Counted from the stretch's first letter, positions 19,601 through 28,865 are shown. The stretch is DNA of 41,776 bases from an uncultured Methanosarcinales archaeon (GCA_964397315.1 CAYNHV010000010.1:1-41776); one strand, 5' to 3'. A program made the numbers and translations. Notes: a model not told the origin generated them from the sequence alone.

Positions 19601-20003
19601 ACTTCCTTATGTCAATTGTCTGCTCAATCTGTTTTGCAGTGCCGAATGCTGTGCTTATTGTGGTTATGAGGTCAAATTTTCCTTTCCTGTTACATGGCGC
19701 ACTTATGAAATTATGAAGCTCTCTGCTCTCTCCGGGTTTCAGGGTGAATGTTTCCTGACTTACTGCAGAATAAGCTGCGCCTTCACCGCTCTGGTTTATC
19801 TCATAGGCGCTTGTGACCTCCCCTGTGTTCTCTACAGTGATAATGTTTTCGGTGCCTGAGCATGCGCAGGAGTAGAGAATCTTGTTCTGCGCATAGGCGT
19901 TGAAGCCCTCATGGGGGCTCTGAACAGCCATGGCAGACTTCAGGCTTATGATGAGAAGAATTGCAAACAGGACCCCGTAAAAAAGCTTTGTTTTACTACT
20001 CAT
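16656..20003 (-). CDS. Large cell-surface protein with repeated Ig-like (NEW3/CARDB-like) domains and five internal/C-terminal TM helices
   Basis: Signal peptide; ~105-aa beta-rich repeats (NTG..Y.I...L.PGES....) with conserved Cys; many NxT/S sequons; hydrophobic TM stretches; start 20003 preferred over 20033. Confidence 0.85.
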   Translation of the reverse strand: MSSKTKLFYGVLFAILLIISLKSAMAVQSPHEGFNAYAQNKILYSCACSGTENIITVENTGEVTSAYEINQSGEGAAYSAVSQETFTLKPGESRELHNFISAPCNRKGKFDLITTISTAFGTAKQIEQTIDIRKCVNVDIKQTRQPEEICPCMPVRYDFTVMNTGDFVETYNINVAPFPEYISISEDLLVLGPGKSEEVYVFVATPCGMFGDLDFTLMAEAQRSGMLAELPFELKINPCYDYTISSPESVSVCRGVRNVLPITVSNDADVANSYFLDADAEWAFFEQGAVSLGKKQSTSTNLTLYPSSAPEGMYNLTISSVSERGELRVSKSMNVGVEECYSVNLTIDAVPPLASCEEHVTEARIINDGTRESEYSLELFGMPWSSLGYTSIRVPPGDSKDVPVKLDVPCNATGTYEFTVSANISGFPEKIVQKTFASEVIPLQEAYAVNIGGEKDEIDIDYSGKNARIMLSSTGIRAGEYDIVLNTTQDWITTRQNSIELSPGESRHLNISIYPTNETEEGTYGFTLTAVPEGKNIGYERAFSIELREKTFFEKLADLWIFIVPGLLLIIILALALLMAARKRSREEEEWKEIEGEPSKVEPQEPEEKLLDVEERKRPWLKWLLIILGILILLGAIGAGAYLLAGAPAEGINETNATTQEAPELQEPAMNDTNAAQGFLSKAWSWLSGRKNETTEDRGMIENATIYVNRTGLRGEGRVIEVRGKENITIPVTIQNNYEPNVFKVDIREDVEWISVDRQSAEIAPGEKETVNIIVAPGDEVSQGNYRISIRIDVEGRTTPISEEIILKVTKDKPFYMKYLWYLIAAAALLALLAAASWVKGWREKRKQESLEMPTEKEKKDKKSESGKKRTLESKGDRTWLKFMLLGAVMVIILAGIIYGSIYAVKSLASLTGNETTNQTGIPEGVEEAANKTLQEEGLQGGAPDGEGETPEDDGKISYEKVFVKKGSETQIPLRIYNANETATFRIMMNDNISWIKIDEREVEIEPNTSRVIDIIASPNESVMDGNYRLSVDIAVPGQRDRFTKGFTLQVRENRFSAAWSYLLYALAGIIVLSLIIAVLRKRGGKTAGEAEKVKEPKPKKKGSKGSKKTDINLK

Positions 20004-20165
20004 GGTTAATAACCCCGATTTATTACTTAGCAATAGAATATTAATATATAAAGGTTTCGTTTTAAGTATTTTAGCTCATATATGGGATGAGATAAGGCCA
20101 AACCAGGGGGAGAATGAGGCTTGAGAGCAGTATTGGCTAAAACAGCAAAATTTATATATGAAATC

Positions 20166-20179
20166 TTAACTATTGTTAA
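20166..20179. promoter_or_regulatory. Palindromic operator candidate TTAAC-N4-GTTAA downstream of the TATA box of the HTH-isc operon
   Basis: TATA-like TTTATATA at 20151-20158; palindrome lies near the expected start site. Confidence 0.4.
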
Positions 20180-20190
20180 TTCTGGTATAC

Positions 20191-20613
20191 ATGGCAGTCC
20201 AACAAAAACAGTATATGCCCCAGGAGATAGAGGTGTGGTACATAATACCTGGCTTGAGAAGGGAGCTCGCAAATGCAATGTCCTCAAAAGGGAGGAGCCA
20301 GAAGAGGATAGCAGAGCTTCTTGGCATAACAGAGGCTGCTGTAAGCCAGTATGTTAAGCACAAGCGGGCCAGTGAGGTAGAGTTCCAGCCAGAGACGCTG
20401 GCAGAGATAAGCAGGTCAGCTGAAAGGATAGCAGGGGACCCTGAAAGCATGGTCTGCGAGATGCAGAGGCTGCTGGCAATAGTCAAGAGAAGCAAGACCC
20501 TCTGCAGGGTGCATTACAGGTTCGGAAGAACGCCAAGAAAATGCGAGGCCTGCATGGGGATAAAAAAAGATGCAGAGGCCGGAAGGAAACAAGGCAATCA
20601 AGGAGAAATGTAA
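20191..20613 (+). CDS. HTH transcriptional regulator with a C-terminal CxxH...CxxC motif (COG2522-like)
   Basis: PQEIEVWYIIPGLRRELA, SQKRIAELLGITEAAVSQY..KR, CRVH...CEAC; first gene of the isc operon. Confidence 0.85.
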   Translation: MAVQQKQYMPQEIEVWYIIPGLRRELANAMSSKGRSQKRIAELLGITEAAVSQYVKHKRASEVEFQPETLAEISRSAERIAGDPESMVCEMQRLLAIVKRSKTLCRVHYRFGRTPRKCEACMGIKKDAEAGRKQGNQGEM

Positions 20614-20667
20614 TATAAACTAATATACAAACTAAGGATATAAACTCTGGGAAGAGAAGGAGTGAAA

Positions 20668-21846
20668 ATGAGAACAATCTATCTTGACAATGCAGCAACC
20701 ACAATGGTTGATGAAAAAGCAGTGAAAGCCATGCTTCCGTATTTTACTGAAAGGTATGGCAATGCCTCATCATCCCACCACAAGGGGCAGGAGGCAAAGA
20801 TGGCCCTGGAAGAAGCCAGGGAGAGGATAGCGAAGTCAATAGGCGCGAAGCATGACGAGATAATATTTATGTCAGGGGGCACAGAAGCAAACAATCTTGC
20901 GATAAAAGGCATTGCTTTTGCCAACAAGGGCAAAGGAGGGCACATCATAACAACAAAGATAGAGCATGACTGCGTTCTTAATGCCTGCAGGTGGCTTGAG
21001 ACGCAGGGTTTCAGGATCACATACCTTGATGTTGACAGAGAGGGATTTGTCAGCCCTGAAGAGCTTGAAAAGGCTCTAACAAAAGACACGCTTCTAGTGT
21101 CAATCATACACGGCAACAATGAGATAGGGACAATCCAGGACCTGAAAAAGCTCGGGGAGGTGTGCAGTAAGCACAATGTAGCATTCCATACAGATGCCTG
21201 CCAGAGCTACACAAAAGCTGAGCTTAATGTTAAAAAGCAGAACCTTGACCTTGTCACAATAAACAGCCATAAGATACATGGTCCAAAGGGAGTCGGAGCT
21301 TTGTTCATAAGAAAGGGAGTTAAGATAACGCCCCTCCTGCATGGCGGAGGGCATGAAAACAAGCTGAGATCAGGCACAGAGAATGTTCCGGGCGTTGTGG
21401 GGTTTGCAAAGGCGGTTGAGGCAGCCAAGAAAGGCCATGTAAGAAGGATGAGAAAGATGAGGGATCGCATAATCAAAGAGCTTCAGAAGATTCCTGACGC
21501 GGCTCTCAACGGACCTCAGGGAGAATGGAGGCTGTGCAATAACATAAACTTCTCATTCAGGTATGTTGAAGGAGAGTCAATAGGCGCGTTTCTTGACGCA
21601 AAGAAGGGAATATGCACATCAACAGGCTCTGCATGCTCCTCACACACTCTTGAGCCAAGCCATGTCCTGCTCGCGACAGGCCTTGAGCCTGAAGAAGCCC
21701 ACGGAAGCCTCAGGATAAGCCTGAGCAGGTTCACCACAGATGAGGAGGTTAAAGTCTTTCTTGAAACCCTTCCTGGAGTGATAGAAAAGCTGAGGAACAT
21801 GAGCCCACTTGCAAAAAACAGGGACATGAAAGGGAGCGAGGTATGA
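20668..21846 (+). CDS. iscS: Cysteine desulfurase (IscS/NifS type)
   Basis: YLDNAATT, GGTEANN, HTDACQ, PLP lysine in SHKIHGPKG, RSGTEN, catalytic STGSACSS. Confidence 0.96.
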   Translation: MRTIYLDNAATTMVDEKAVKAMLPYFTERYGNASSSHHKGQEAKMALEEARERIAKSIGAKHDEIIFMSGGTEANNLAIKGIAFANKGKGGHIITTKIEHDCVLNACRWLETQGFRITYLDVDREGFVSPEELEKALTKDTLLVSIIHGNNEIGTIQDLKKLGEVCSKHNVAFHTDACQSYTKAELNVKKQNLDLVTINSHKIHGPKGVGALFIRKGVKITPLLHGGGHENKLRSGTENVPGVVGFAKAVEAAKKGHVRRMRKMRDRIIKELQKIPDAALNGPQGEWRLCNNINFSFRYVEGESIGAFLDAKKGICTSTGSACSSHTLEPSHVLLATGLEPEEAHGSLRISLSRFTTDEEVKVFLETLPGVIEKLRNMSPLAKNRDMKGSEV

Positions 21847-22259
21847 TGACCAGGCCTAAACAGCAGGGAGGATACAGCGAGAGAGCCCTTGAATACTTTA
21901 AGAACCCCCTGCATGCTGGGGAGATAGACAAGCCTGACGGAGTGGGCAAGGTGGGCAACGCTGTTTGCGGAGACGTAATGCACATATTCATCAAGGTAAA
22001 GGACAACCGGATATCAGACATAAAGTTTAAGACCTTCGGGTGCGTTGCTGCCATAAGCTCCTCTGAAGCGCTGTGCAGGATTGCCAAGGGAAAGACGGTT
22101 GAGGAGGCAGAAAAGATAACAAACAAGCAGATACTTGATCATCTGGGATGGCTGCCGCCTATAAAGACGCACTGCTCTGTGCTCGGAGCAGAAGGCCTGC
22201 ACGAGGCAATAAAGAATTACCGGGAAAAGGATAAGGGAAAGAAGCAGGGAAAAGCATAA
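21843..22259 (+). CDS. iscU: Fe-S cluster scaffold protein (IscU/NifU N-terminal)
   Basis: GNAVCGD, FKTFGCVAA, LPPIKTHCS; ATGA overlap with iscS. Confidence 0.95.
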   Translation: MMTRPKQQGGYSERALEYFKNPLHAGEIDKPDGVGKVGNAVCGDVMHIFIKVKDNRISDIKFKTFGCVAAISSSEALCRIAKGKTVEEAEKITNKQILDHLGWLPPIKTHCSVLGAEGLHEAIKNYREKDKGKKQGKA

Positions 22260-22285
22260 AAATAAACATCCAACTGTGAATTCTG

Positions 22286-23149
22286 ATGAAAGCAGTTCTT
22301 GTAAGGTACGGGGAACTGGCCCTGAAAGGAAAAAACCGGGCTGATTTTGAGAGCAAGCTCAAGAGCAACATTATCAGCTCACTAAGCCTCAGGCCAGCAA
22401 CAGGGCACCCTAGAGTCAGGAGAATCTCAGGCAGGCTTGTGATTTATACCGAAAACCAGGGGGGGGTGATGCAGCAGCTCAGAAGGGTTTTTGGGATTGT
22501 CTCGTTGAGCGCTGCAGAGGAGCTGCCCCTGGACATGGATGGGATAAAGGGAGAATGCCTGAAGCAGGCACAACAGGAGAGCTTCTCAACATTCAGGATA
22601 AGCGTGAGCAGGCTGCAGAAAAACCTCAGGCCAAGCCCTGAGCTTGAGAAGGATATCGGAGCCTTCATTGCGGATGAGACAGGCAGGAAAGTTAAGCTGA
22701 AGAGCCCCGGCCTTGAGATATTCGTTGAGATAGCTGAAAGGGCATATGTTTTCACAGAAAAGCAGAAGTGCGTCGGAGGGCTTCCCGCAGGCATTGAAGG
22801 CAGGGCGCTGGCTCTTATTGAGGGCCATAATTCTGTGCTTGCAGGACTGCTTGCAATGAGGAGGGGATGCGAGCTCGTTCCTGTTGCATATCCTGATACA
22901 GAATGCCTTGAATCCTTTAAGGAGCTGCTTGCGAGATATGGTTGTGAGAGAAAGGTGAAAATTGTAAAAGACATTAAAGAAGCAGGGGATGTTGCAGAAA
23001 GAAAGGGTGCAAGAGCAGTAATAACAGGCCAGCAGCTGGAAACCCTGAGAAGCATTGAAGGAGATGGGGTTGCGTTGCCTGTGCTGAGGCCTCTTGTCGG
23101 GATAAGCCCCTTAATGGCTGAGAAGATTCTCCTTATAGGGAATTCATAG
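22286..23149 (+). CDS. thiI: ThiI-like protein: intact NFLD+THUMP tRNA-binding part, degenerate and truncated PP-loop domain
   Basis: VRYGELALKGKNR..FE, RVFGIVS, GGLPAG, LRPLVG; SGGxDS replaced by IEGHNS. Confidence 0.8.
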   Translation: MKAVLVRYGELALKGKNRADFESKLKSNIISSLSLRPATGHPRVRRISGRLVIYTENQGGVMQQLRRVFGIVSLSAAEELPLDMDGIKGECLKQAQQESFSTFRISVSRLQKNLRPSPELEKDIGAFIADETGRKVKLKSPGLEIFVEIAERAYVFTEKQKCVGGLPAGIEGRALALIEGHNSVLAGLLAMRRGCELVPVAYPDTECLESFKELLARYGCERKVKIVKDIKEAGDVAERKGARAVITGQQLETLRSIEGDGVALPVLRPLVGISPLMAEKILLIGNS

Positions 23150-23163
23150 AGAAAAAAGGCAAA

Positions 23164-24108
23164 ATGAATCATAAAACAGGGGATAAAGGAGATGAGCAGG
23201 AGTTCTTGCGCTGCTTTGAGAAAAAAGTCAGAGACACGGTAAAAGAGCACAAGCTTTTCTCAAAAAAGGACAGGATAATTGCGGCCTGCTCAGGGGGCAA
23301 GGATTCCACAACAGTTCTGCACATACTTAACAAGCTTGGCTTTAATGTTGAGGCCTTCACAGTTGACGCGATAATAGGGAATTACACTGCAGAGAACATC
23401 AGGAACCTGAAGTCTTTCTGCAAAGAGAAAGGGATAAAGCTCAGCGTGATATCCTTTAGAGAAGAGTTCGGGGCGTCGCTCTGCTACATAAGGCAGGCCC
23501 TCTCGTCAAGGGGGGTGAAGCTGAACTCATGCACAGTCTGCGGAACATTGAGGAGATACCTCCTGAACAAGGCTGCAAAGAGCATGGGCGCGGATTGCAT
23601 TGTGACAGGCCACAATCTTGATGACGAGGCCCAATCCATAATTATGAATATGCTGAGGAACAACCTGGAGGTGTCTGCAAGACTGGGCCCGAAAACAGGA
23701 GCTTTGAGAAGCAGGGCAGCCGGTGAAGGCAGAGATGTTAAAGAAAGGAAGAGTTTTGCTGCCAGAGTCAAGCCCCTCTACTTCTGCCCTGAGGCAGAGA
23801 CAGAAAGGTACTCCAGGATAATGGGTTTCCCTGTGAAGTACGAGCCATGCCCCTGCAGGACAGGCTCTTACAGGAACAAGGTTCGGAAGATGCTTGACAG
23901 GCTGGAGCAGGACAATCCCCTCCTGAAAAGGAAAATTGTTGAGGGCTTCAGCAGGATCCTGCCTGCGCTGAAAAAGAAATACTCTTCAGGAGTTCAGATG
24001 TATTGCACGAACTGCGGGGAGCCCTCAAAGGGAAAGGAATGCAGGACATGCGAAATTCTTTCTAACCTTCATTACAAGAGAAGAAGAAACAAAAAAACAA
24101 AAAAATGA
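23164..24108 (+). CDS. ttuA: TtuA/Ncs6-like tRNA 2-thiolation protein (TIGR00269-like)
   Basis: SGGKDS, CTVCG..RR, TGHNLDDEAQ, KPL, CPC, C-terminal CTNC..CRTC Zn finger. Confidence 0.88.
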   Translation: MNHKTGDKGDEQEFLRCFEKKVRDTVKEHKLFSKKDRIIAACSGGKDSTTVLHILNKLGFNVEAFTVDAIIGNYTAENIRNLKSFCKEKGIKLSVISFREEFGASLCYIRQALSSRGVKLNSCTVCGTLRRYLLNKAAKSMGADCIVTGHNLDDEAQSIIMNMLRNNLEVSARLGPKTGALRSRAAGEGRDVKERKSFAARVKPLYFCPEAETERYSRIMGFPVKYEPCPCRTGSYRNKVRKMLDRLEQDNPLLKRKIVEGFSRILPALKKKYSSGVQMYCTNCGEPSKGKECRTCEILSNLHYKRRRNKKTKK

Positions 24109-24155
24109 AAGAGTGTGGAACTTTGGTTCTCACACTTCTAGATAACCTATTGCAG
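24100..24155 (-). ncRNA. Candidate small RNA (orphan promoter, hairpin, U-tract)
   Basis: Minus-strand GAAAGG-TTTATAAA at 24177-24190, hairpin AGTGTG-A-GAAC-CAAA-GTTC-CACACT (24112-24136), then two T7 runs; no ORF. Confidence 0.35.
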
Positions 24156-24277
24156 GGACATTTGTTAAAAGACCCATTTATAAACCTTTCCCGGACCGTA
24201 AAGGCCAAAAAAGGATAAAAAAGGCCCATTTATGATTTATAAGCATTATAACAGTCCAGAATACAAAAAAAGCCCAT

Positions 24278-25357
24278 TTAGCTCTTCTCTTTTCCCAAAA
24301 ACCAGTCTGTAAGCCTTATTTTTTTGAGCTTCCCTATCTTTTCTATCTCAATCACTCTTTTGTTCTCAAGAGACTGGAAAATCCTGGCCAGGGATGTTTT
24401 TGGTATTCCTGTGCTGTTCCTTATTGTTGCCTGGGTGCTTTTCCTGTCGTCCTGAGAGAGCAGGAACTCCACTATTTTTCCCTCCCTATCATTCAATGTT
24501 TTCATTATGTCCCTTGCCCTGGGGTTTAATCCTTCTTTCTCACCCTCAGAGCCCTCATCAGCGCTCTTGCCGGCTTCTTTAGGCGGTGCCTTACCTGGCT
24601 TTCCCTTTTTCCTTCTCCTCCTGTCCTGTTCTGTTCTCTTCTCTTTTTTCTTTCTTCTTCTAAATATCCTATACCCTGCAAAGATTCCCCCTCCGACAAC
24701 AATCAGCCCAAGAACCGCATAAAGGTACTGCCTTGTGGAGTAAAGAATAGACTTGTTAAGCCTTACTGTAACCTCGTTTAGCTCTCCTTGTGTCACGTTG
24801 GCTGTTGTTGAGCCAACCATGCCCTCATAAGCTGCCTGCACCTTACACTCCCCAACAGGAAGCAGCTCTTTCTTGAATGTGCCGAACTGGTCTGTTTTCG
24901 TGGATGAGCTGTGGGACCTGCACTTGAATGTGACATCAGCTCCGTTCACAAGCTTTCCAGAGGGGTTGGCCACGCTGCCCTCAACAGCGCCCACAGGAGC
25001 CAGATAAACAGTCATGTTGGCGGAGGGCCTGAATTCCTCTACAAGGAAGGTCCTCTCAGCAGCATAATCCATCTCAGGAGTTTCTGGCGCGTCAAGGCTC
25101 ATCACAAGCTTCCAGTTGCCTATGCTGATTCTGTAATTTATAATGCCCTGCCTGTTAGCGAACTCTGTGAGGTTAATGGTCGTTCCGGTATTCACATTAG
25201 TGAACTCCATGCTCACAGGCTGTGCAGCCACTAACTGGTTATTCTCCAGCTTCCTGACTGTTATGTAAAGATCTGAATACTCAGCTGCCTGCGAGGCTGC
25301 CAGAGCAGCCAAAAACAGGAGTACAACCCCTATCGCCGTAAAAGATTTCCTGGCCAT
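24278..25357 (-). CDS. Membrane-spanning protein with extracellular beta-sandwich (carboxypeptidase-regulatory-like) domains and a cytoplasmic wHTH (COG2512-like)
   Basis: Signal peptide; GSVANPSGKLVNGADVTF; TM YLYAVLGLIVVGGGIFAGY followed by a basic stretch; TQATIRNSTGIPKTSLARIFQSLENK HTH. Confidence 0.8.
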   Translation of the reverse strand: MARKSFTAIGVVLLFLAALAASQAAEYSDLYITVRKLENNQLVAAQPVSMEFTNVNTGTTINLTEFANRQGIINYRISIGNWKLVMSLDAPETPEMDYAAERTFLVEEFRPSANMTVYLAPVGAVEGSVANPSGKLVNGADVTFKCRSHSSSTKTDQFGTFKKELLPVGECKVQAAYEGMVGSTTANVTQGELNEVTVRLNKSILYSTRQYLYAVLGLIVVGGGIFAGYRIFRRRKKKEKRTEQDRRRRKKGKPGKAPPKEAGKSADEGSEGEKEGLNPRARDIMKTLNDREGKIVEFLLSQDDRKSTQATIRNSTGIPKTSLARIFQSLENKRVIEIEKIGKLKKIRLTDWFLGKEKS

Positions 25358-25454
25358 GAGCCTTATTAAATATCAACCATATTTAAATCTTTTTATGCCT
25401 TAAATCGCAGAGAGAGCATACAAAGTTTTAAAAATAAGCTGTTTCCCTTGAATC

Positions 25455-26084
25455 ATGATGGAAGATGCCACAGAGTATTCTTACACCATAAAAATCCCTC
25501 ATGAGAGGGTTGCTGTGCTGATAGGCACAGACGGAAGCGTAAAGAAGGACATAGAAGGGGCCACAAGGTCAAGAATAAGGGTGGACTCCTCAGGGGGAGA
25601 TGTCTTTATAACAGGAAAGAATCCTGTGGGGCTTTTCTCTGCAAGAGAGATAATCAAGGCAATAGGGAGGGGCTTCAATCCAGAGGTGGCAATGCTTCTC
25701 CTGAGGCAGGACTACTGCTTTGAGCTCATAAACATTGACCAGTATGCGGGCAGGTCAAAAAAGAAGATGGCCAGGCTAAAGGGCAGAGTCATAGGCGAGG
25801 ATGGCAAGTCAAGAAAGACACTTGAGAACCTCACCCAGACAAACATCTCTGTCTATGGAAGGACAGTGGGCATAATCGGCCACCACCCCAATGCTGAGCT
25901 TGCCAGGAAGGCTACAGAGGCGCTCCTGTCAGGATCAAGGCACGCAACCGTGTACAGGATGCTTGAGAAAAAAGCAAAAGAGTTAAAAATGGAGGCAATT
26001 GGAGAAGAGCTTTCAGAGGAAAGAACAAGGGAAAACACAGGAGAAGAGGAGAATGGCAAAGAAGCAGAAAAAAGAGGAGAATAA
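25455..26084 (+). CDS. KH-domain rRNA-processing protein (Dim2/Pno1/Krr1 family)
   Basis: [38 protein letters not shown]. Confidence 0.92.
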   Translation: MMEDATEYSYTIKIPHERVAVLIGTDGSVKKDIEGATRSRIRVDSSGGDVFITGKNPVGLFSAREIIKAIGRGFNPEVAMLLLRQDYCFELINIDQYAGRSKKKMARLKGRVIGEDGKSRKTLENLTQTNISVYGRTVGIIGHHPNAELARKATEALLSGSRHATVYRMLEKKAKELKMEAIGEELSEERTRENTGEEENGKEAEKRGE

Positions 26085-27729
26085 GAGCAAGCCCATAGCT
26101 TACGAGCTTGCAGAGAAGCACAGGGAGATATCTGTTGCAGAGTTCTTTGAGAAAAACAGGCATCTGCTGGGTTTTGACAACAAGAAGAAAGCCCTGCTGA
26201 CCACAGTAAAGGAAGCGGTTGACAACAGCCTTGATGCCTGCGAGGACGCTAAAATCTCCCCTGAAATATCCCTTGAGATAATAGACATGGGCAAGGACAG
26301 GTTCAGGATAATCATTGAGGACAATGGGCCGGGAATAATCAAGAAGAACATACCAAGCATATTTGCAAAGCTTCTTTATGGCTCAAAATTCCACACCCTG
26401 AAGCAGAGCAGGGGGCAGCAGGGAATAGGCATAAGCGCCGCAGCCCTTTACGGTCAGCTCACGACGGGAAAGCCGATAAAGATAGTGTCAAAGATATCCC
26501 CTGAGTACCCGGGATACTCTTATGAGCTGCACATAAACACCCAGAAGAACAAGCCGGAGATAATAAAAGAAGAGGAAAAGGAATGGAAGAAAGATCACGG
26601 AACAAGAATAGAGCTGGACATAGAAGCATCCTACCAGCAGGGGGGCCAGTCTGTTGACAATTACCTAAAGCAGACAGCAATAGTCAACCCCCACGCAACA
26701 ATAATCTACACAAACCCAAAGGCAGAGCAGATGATCTTTGCAAAAGCAACAGAGCACCTGCCTAAAGAGCCCAGGGAAATAAAGCCCCACCCATACGGCA
26801 TTGAGATAGGCATGCTAATAAAGATGCTGAAATGGAGCAGCTCAAAGACACTCCAGCATTTTTTCACAAGCGAATTCTCAAGGGTGAGCCCTTCTGTTGC
26901 AAAGGAAATATGCTCAAAGGCAGGCCTCCTGCCGAACTCAAGGCCCAACAAGATGACAAGGGATCAGGCAGAGCGGCTGATATCTGCAATAAGAGATACG
27001 AGGATAATAGCGCCCCCTACAGACTGCGTCACTCCCATAGGCGAGAATCTCCTGCAGAAAGGCCTGAAAAAAGAGATAAACGCGGAGTTCTACTGCGCTG
27101 TCACAAGGTCGCCTTCTGTGTACAGGGGCAACCCATTTCAGGTGGAGGCTGCCATAGCATATGGAGGGGATCTCCCTGCAGAAAAGCCCGTAAGGCTCAT
27201 GAGGTTCGCGAACACAGTTCCCCTGCTTTACCAGCAGAGCGCGTGCGCAATAACAGAATCTGTTATCTCAACCCTGTGGAGGAGTTACGGACTGAGCCAG
27301 AGCCAGGGAGCACTGCCTGTGGGCCCCGCTGTTATGGTTGTGCACATGGCATCTGTATGGGCCCCTTTCACTTCAGAGGCAAAAGAGGCGATAGCCCACT
27401 ATCCTGAGATACTGAAAGAGGTAAAGCTCGCTCTTCAGGAATGCGGGAGAAAGCTTGCCCAGTACACTTCAAAGAAAAAAAGATACACTGACGAGCTCAA
27501 GAAAAGAAGCTACATAGAGAAATACATGCCCTACCTTGGAGGGGCATTAAAGGACATTCTTGACCTAAAGAAAAGCGACGAGGAAATCATAGAAAAGAGG
27601 CTGAAGGAAGTGCTGGAGCACAGCAGGGGCAAGCTGAAAGAGGTGAGCATGGAAAATCCGGAGTATGATGGGGAGTTTGCTAAAATAGGGAAGGAGGAAA
27701 AAGAGAAGGGGGTGGAGGAGGATGAGTGA
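26053..27729 (+). CDS. top6B: DNA topoisomerase VI subunit B
   Basis: GHKL motifs [42 protein letters not shown]; start 26053 preferred (SD GAGGAG). Confidence 0.96.
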   Translation: MAKKQKKEENKSKPIAYELAEKHREISVAEFFEKNRHLLGFDNKKKALLTTVKEAVDNSLDACEDAKISPEISLEIIDMGKDRFRIIIEDNGPGIIKKNIPSIFAKLLYGSKFHTLKQSRGQQGIGISAAALYGQLTTGKPIKIVSKISPEYPGYSYELHINTQKNKPEIIKEEEKEWKKDHGTRIELDIEASYQQGGQSVDNYLKQTAIVNPHATIIYTNPKAEQMIFAKATEHLPKEPREIKPHPYGIEIGMLIKMLKWSSSKTLQHFFTSEFSRVSPSVAKEICSKAGLLPNSRPNKMTRDQAERLISAIRDTRIIAPPTDCVTPIGENLLQKGLKKEINAEFYCAVTRSPSVYRGNPFQVEAAIAYGGDLPAEKPVRLMRFANTVPLLYQQSACAITESVISTLWRSYGLSQSQGALPVGPAVMVVHMASVWAPFTSEAKEAIAHYPEILKEVKLALQECGRKLAQYTSKKKRYTDELKKRSYIEKYMPYLGGALKDILDLKKSDEEIIEKRLKEVLEHSRGKLKEVSMENPEYDGEFAKIGKEEKEKGVEEDE

Positions 27730-28801
27730 TGTCATAAAATCAATACGCACGGTGGCAAAGGACGTGCATGATAAAATCCTCAAGAAGAAAGCCCCATCTC
27801 TTGAGATGCCTGTAAGAAGCCTTCAGAACGTGACTTATGACACCAAGACAGGGTATTTTGAGCTCAAGGGCAGGATGATGAAAAGAACCCTGAGCGCCCC
27901 CACAATCAAGACATTTGCGCAGACCCTGCTCATGATGAACGAGTCAAAAGGCATAATAAAAGCAGATGACATGGCAACAAAGAGAGAGGTTTATTACGTG
28001 AGCAAGAATTGGGGGGATGCCATGTTTAAGGAGCAGCCAGACTCTGATGCTGTGATGGATGACATAGAGGCAATGCTGTGCGTCAACAGGGAGCAGCTGG
28101 GATTTGTTCCAGAGGAGAAAGGAGGGGCTGTGGCAGGCAAGCTTACAGTGGTTGACAGGGATGAGCAGGGAAAAACCCTGAAGATAGACTGCACAAAATT
28201 CGGCTCAGGAGCATATTCTGTCCCCATATCTGTTGAGGGGCTGAGGTTTGAGACACAGGCAAAATTCATACTTGCAATAGAGACAGCAGGTATGTTCCAG
28301 AGGCTTGTGAAGCACGGCTTCTGGAAAAAGTTCAACTGCATACTCATAAGCCTTGGCGGAGTGCCCACAAGAGCCTGCAGGAGGTTCATAAGAAGATTAA
28401 GCGATGAGAAGAACCTGCCAGTCTATGTTTTCACAGACGGCGACCCTTATGGGTTTCTGAACATCTACAGGACGCTTAAGGTCGGATCCGGAAACTCAGC
28501 CCACATAAACAAGTTTTTCTGCGTGCCAAAGGCAAAATTCATAGGGGTTACGCCCCAGGACATAATAGACTACAAGCTGCCTACTCATACTCTCAAGGAG
28601 GTTGACATCAAAAGGATAAAAGACGGCATAAAGAACGACCCTTTTGTCAAGGAGCACAAGGAATGGGAAAAGGCCCTGAGAACAATACTCAAGCTAGGGA
28701 AGAGGGCGGAGCAGCAGGCATTTGCCAAGTATAACCTCAACTATGTGATGGAGAATTATCTTCCTAAAAAGCTCAAGGAGCAGAAAAGCTGGCTCCCATA
28801 A
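27722..28801 (+). CDS. top6A: DNA topoisomerase VI subunit A
   Basis: TKREVYY (catalytic Tyr), [26 protein letters not shown]. Confidence 0.96.
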   Translation: MSDVIKSIRTVAKDVHDKILKKKAPSLEMPVRSLQNVTYDTKTGYFELKGRMMKRTLSAPTIKTFAQTLLMMNESKGIIKADDMATKREVYYVSKNWGDAMFKEQPDSDAVMDDIEAMLCVNREQLGFVPEEKGGAVAGKLTVVDRDEQGKTLKIDCTKFGSGAYSVPISVEGLRFETQAKFILAIETAGMFQRLVKHGFWKKFNCILISLGGVPTRACRRFIRRLSDEKNLPVYVFTDGDPYGFLNIYRTLKVGSGNSAHINKFFCVPKAKFIGVTPQDIIDYKLPTHTLKEVDIKRIKDGIKNDPFVKEHKEWEKALRTILKLGKRAEQQAFAKYNLNYVMENYLPKKLKEQKSWLP

Positions 28802-28865
28802 GGGGCAAAGCAGGGAAATTTTCTCAAAACCTTTATAAAGGAGGATTTTGATTTTATTGGCTGAT

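Noticed and set aside
20005..20013. GTT-N3-AAC (SurR-like) site
   Set aside because: Single short copy lying in the ribosome-binding region of the surface-protein gene; no SurR gene seen
22444..23250. 268-aa antisense ORF over thiI
   Set aside because: Shadow ORF of a recognisable gene with no motifs; long antisense frames occur throughout this window
26832..27407. 191-aa alternative-frame ORF inside top6B
   Set aside because: Fully nested in a conserved gene, no recognisable domain or SD
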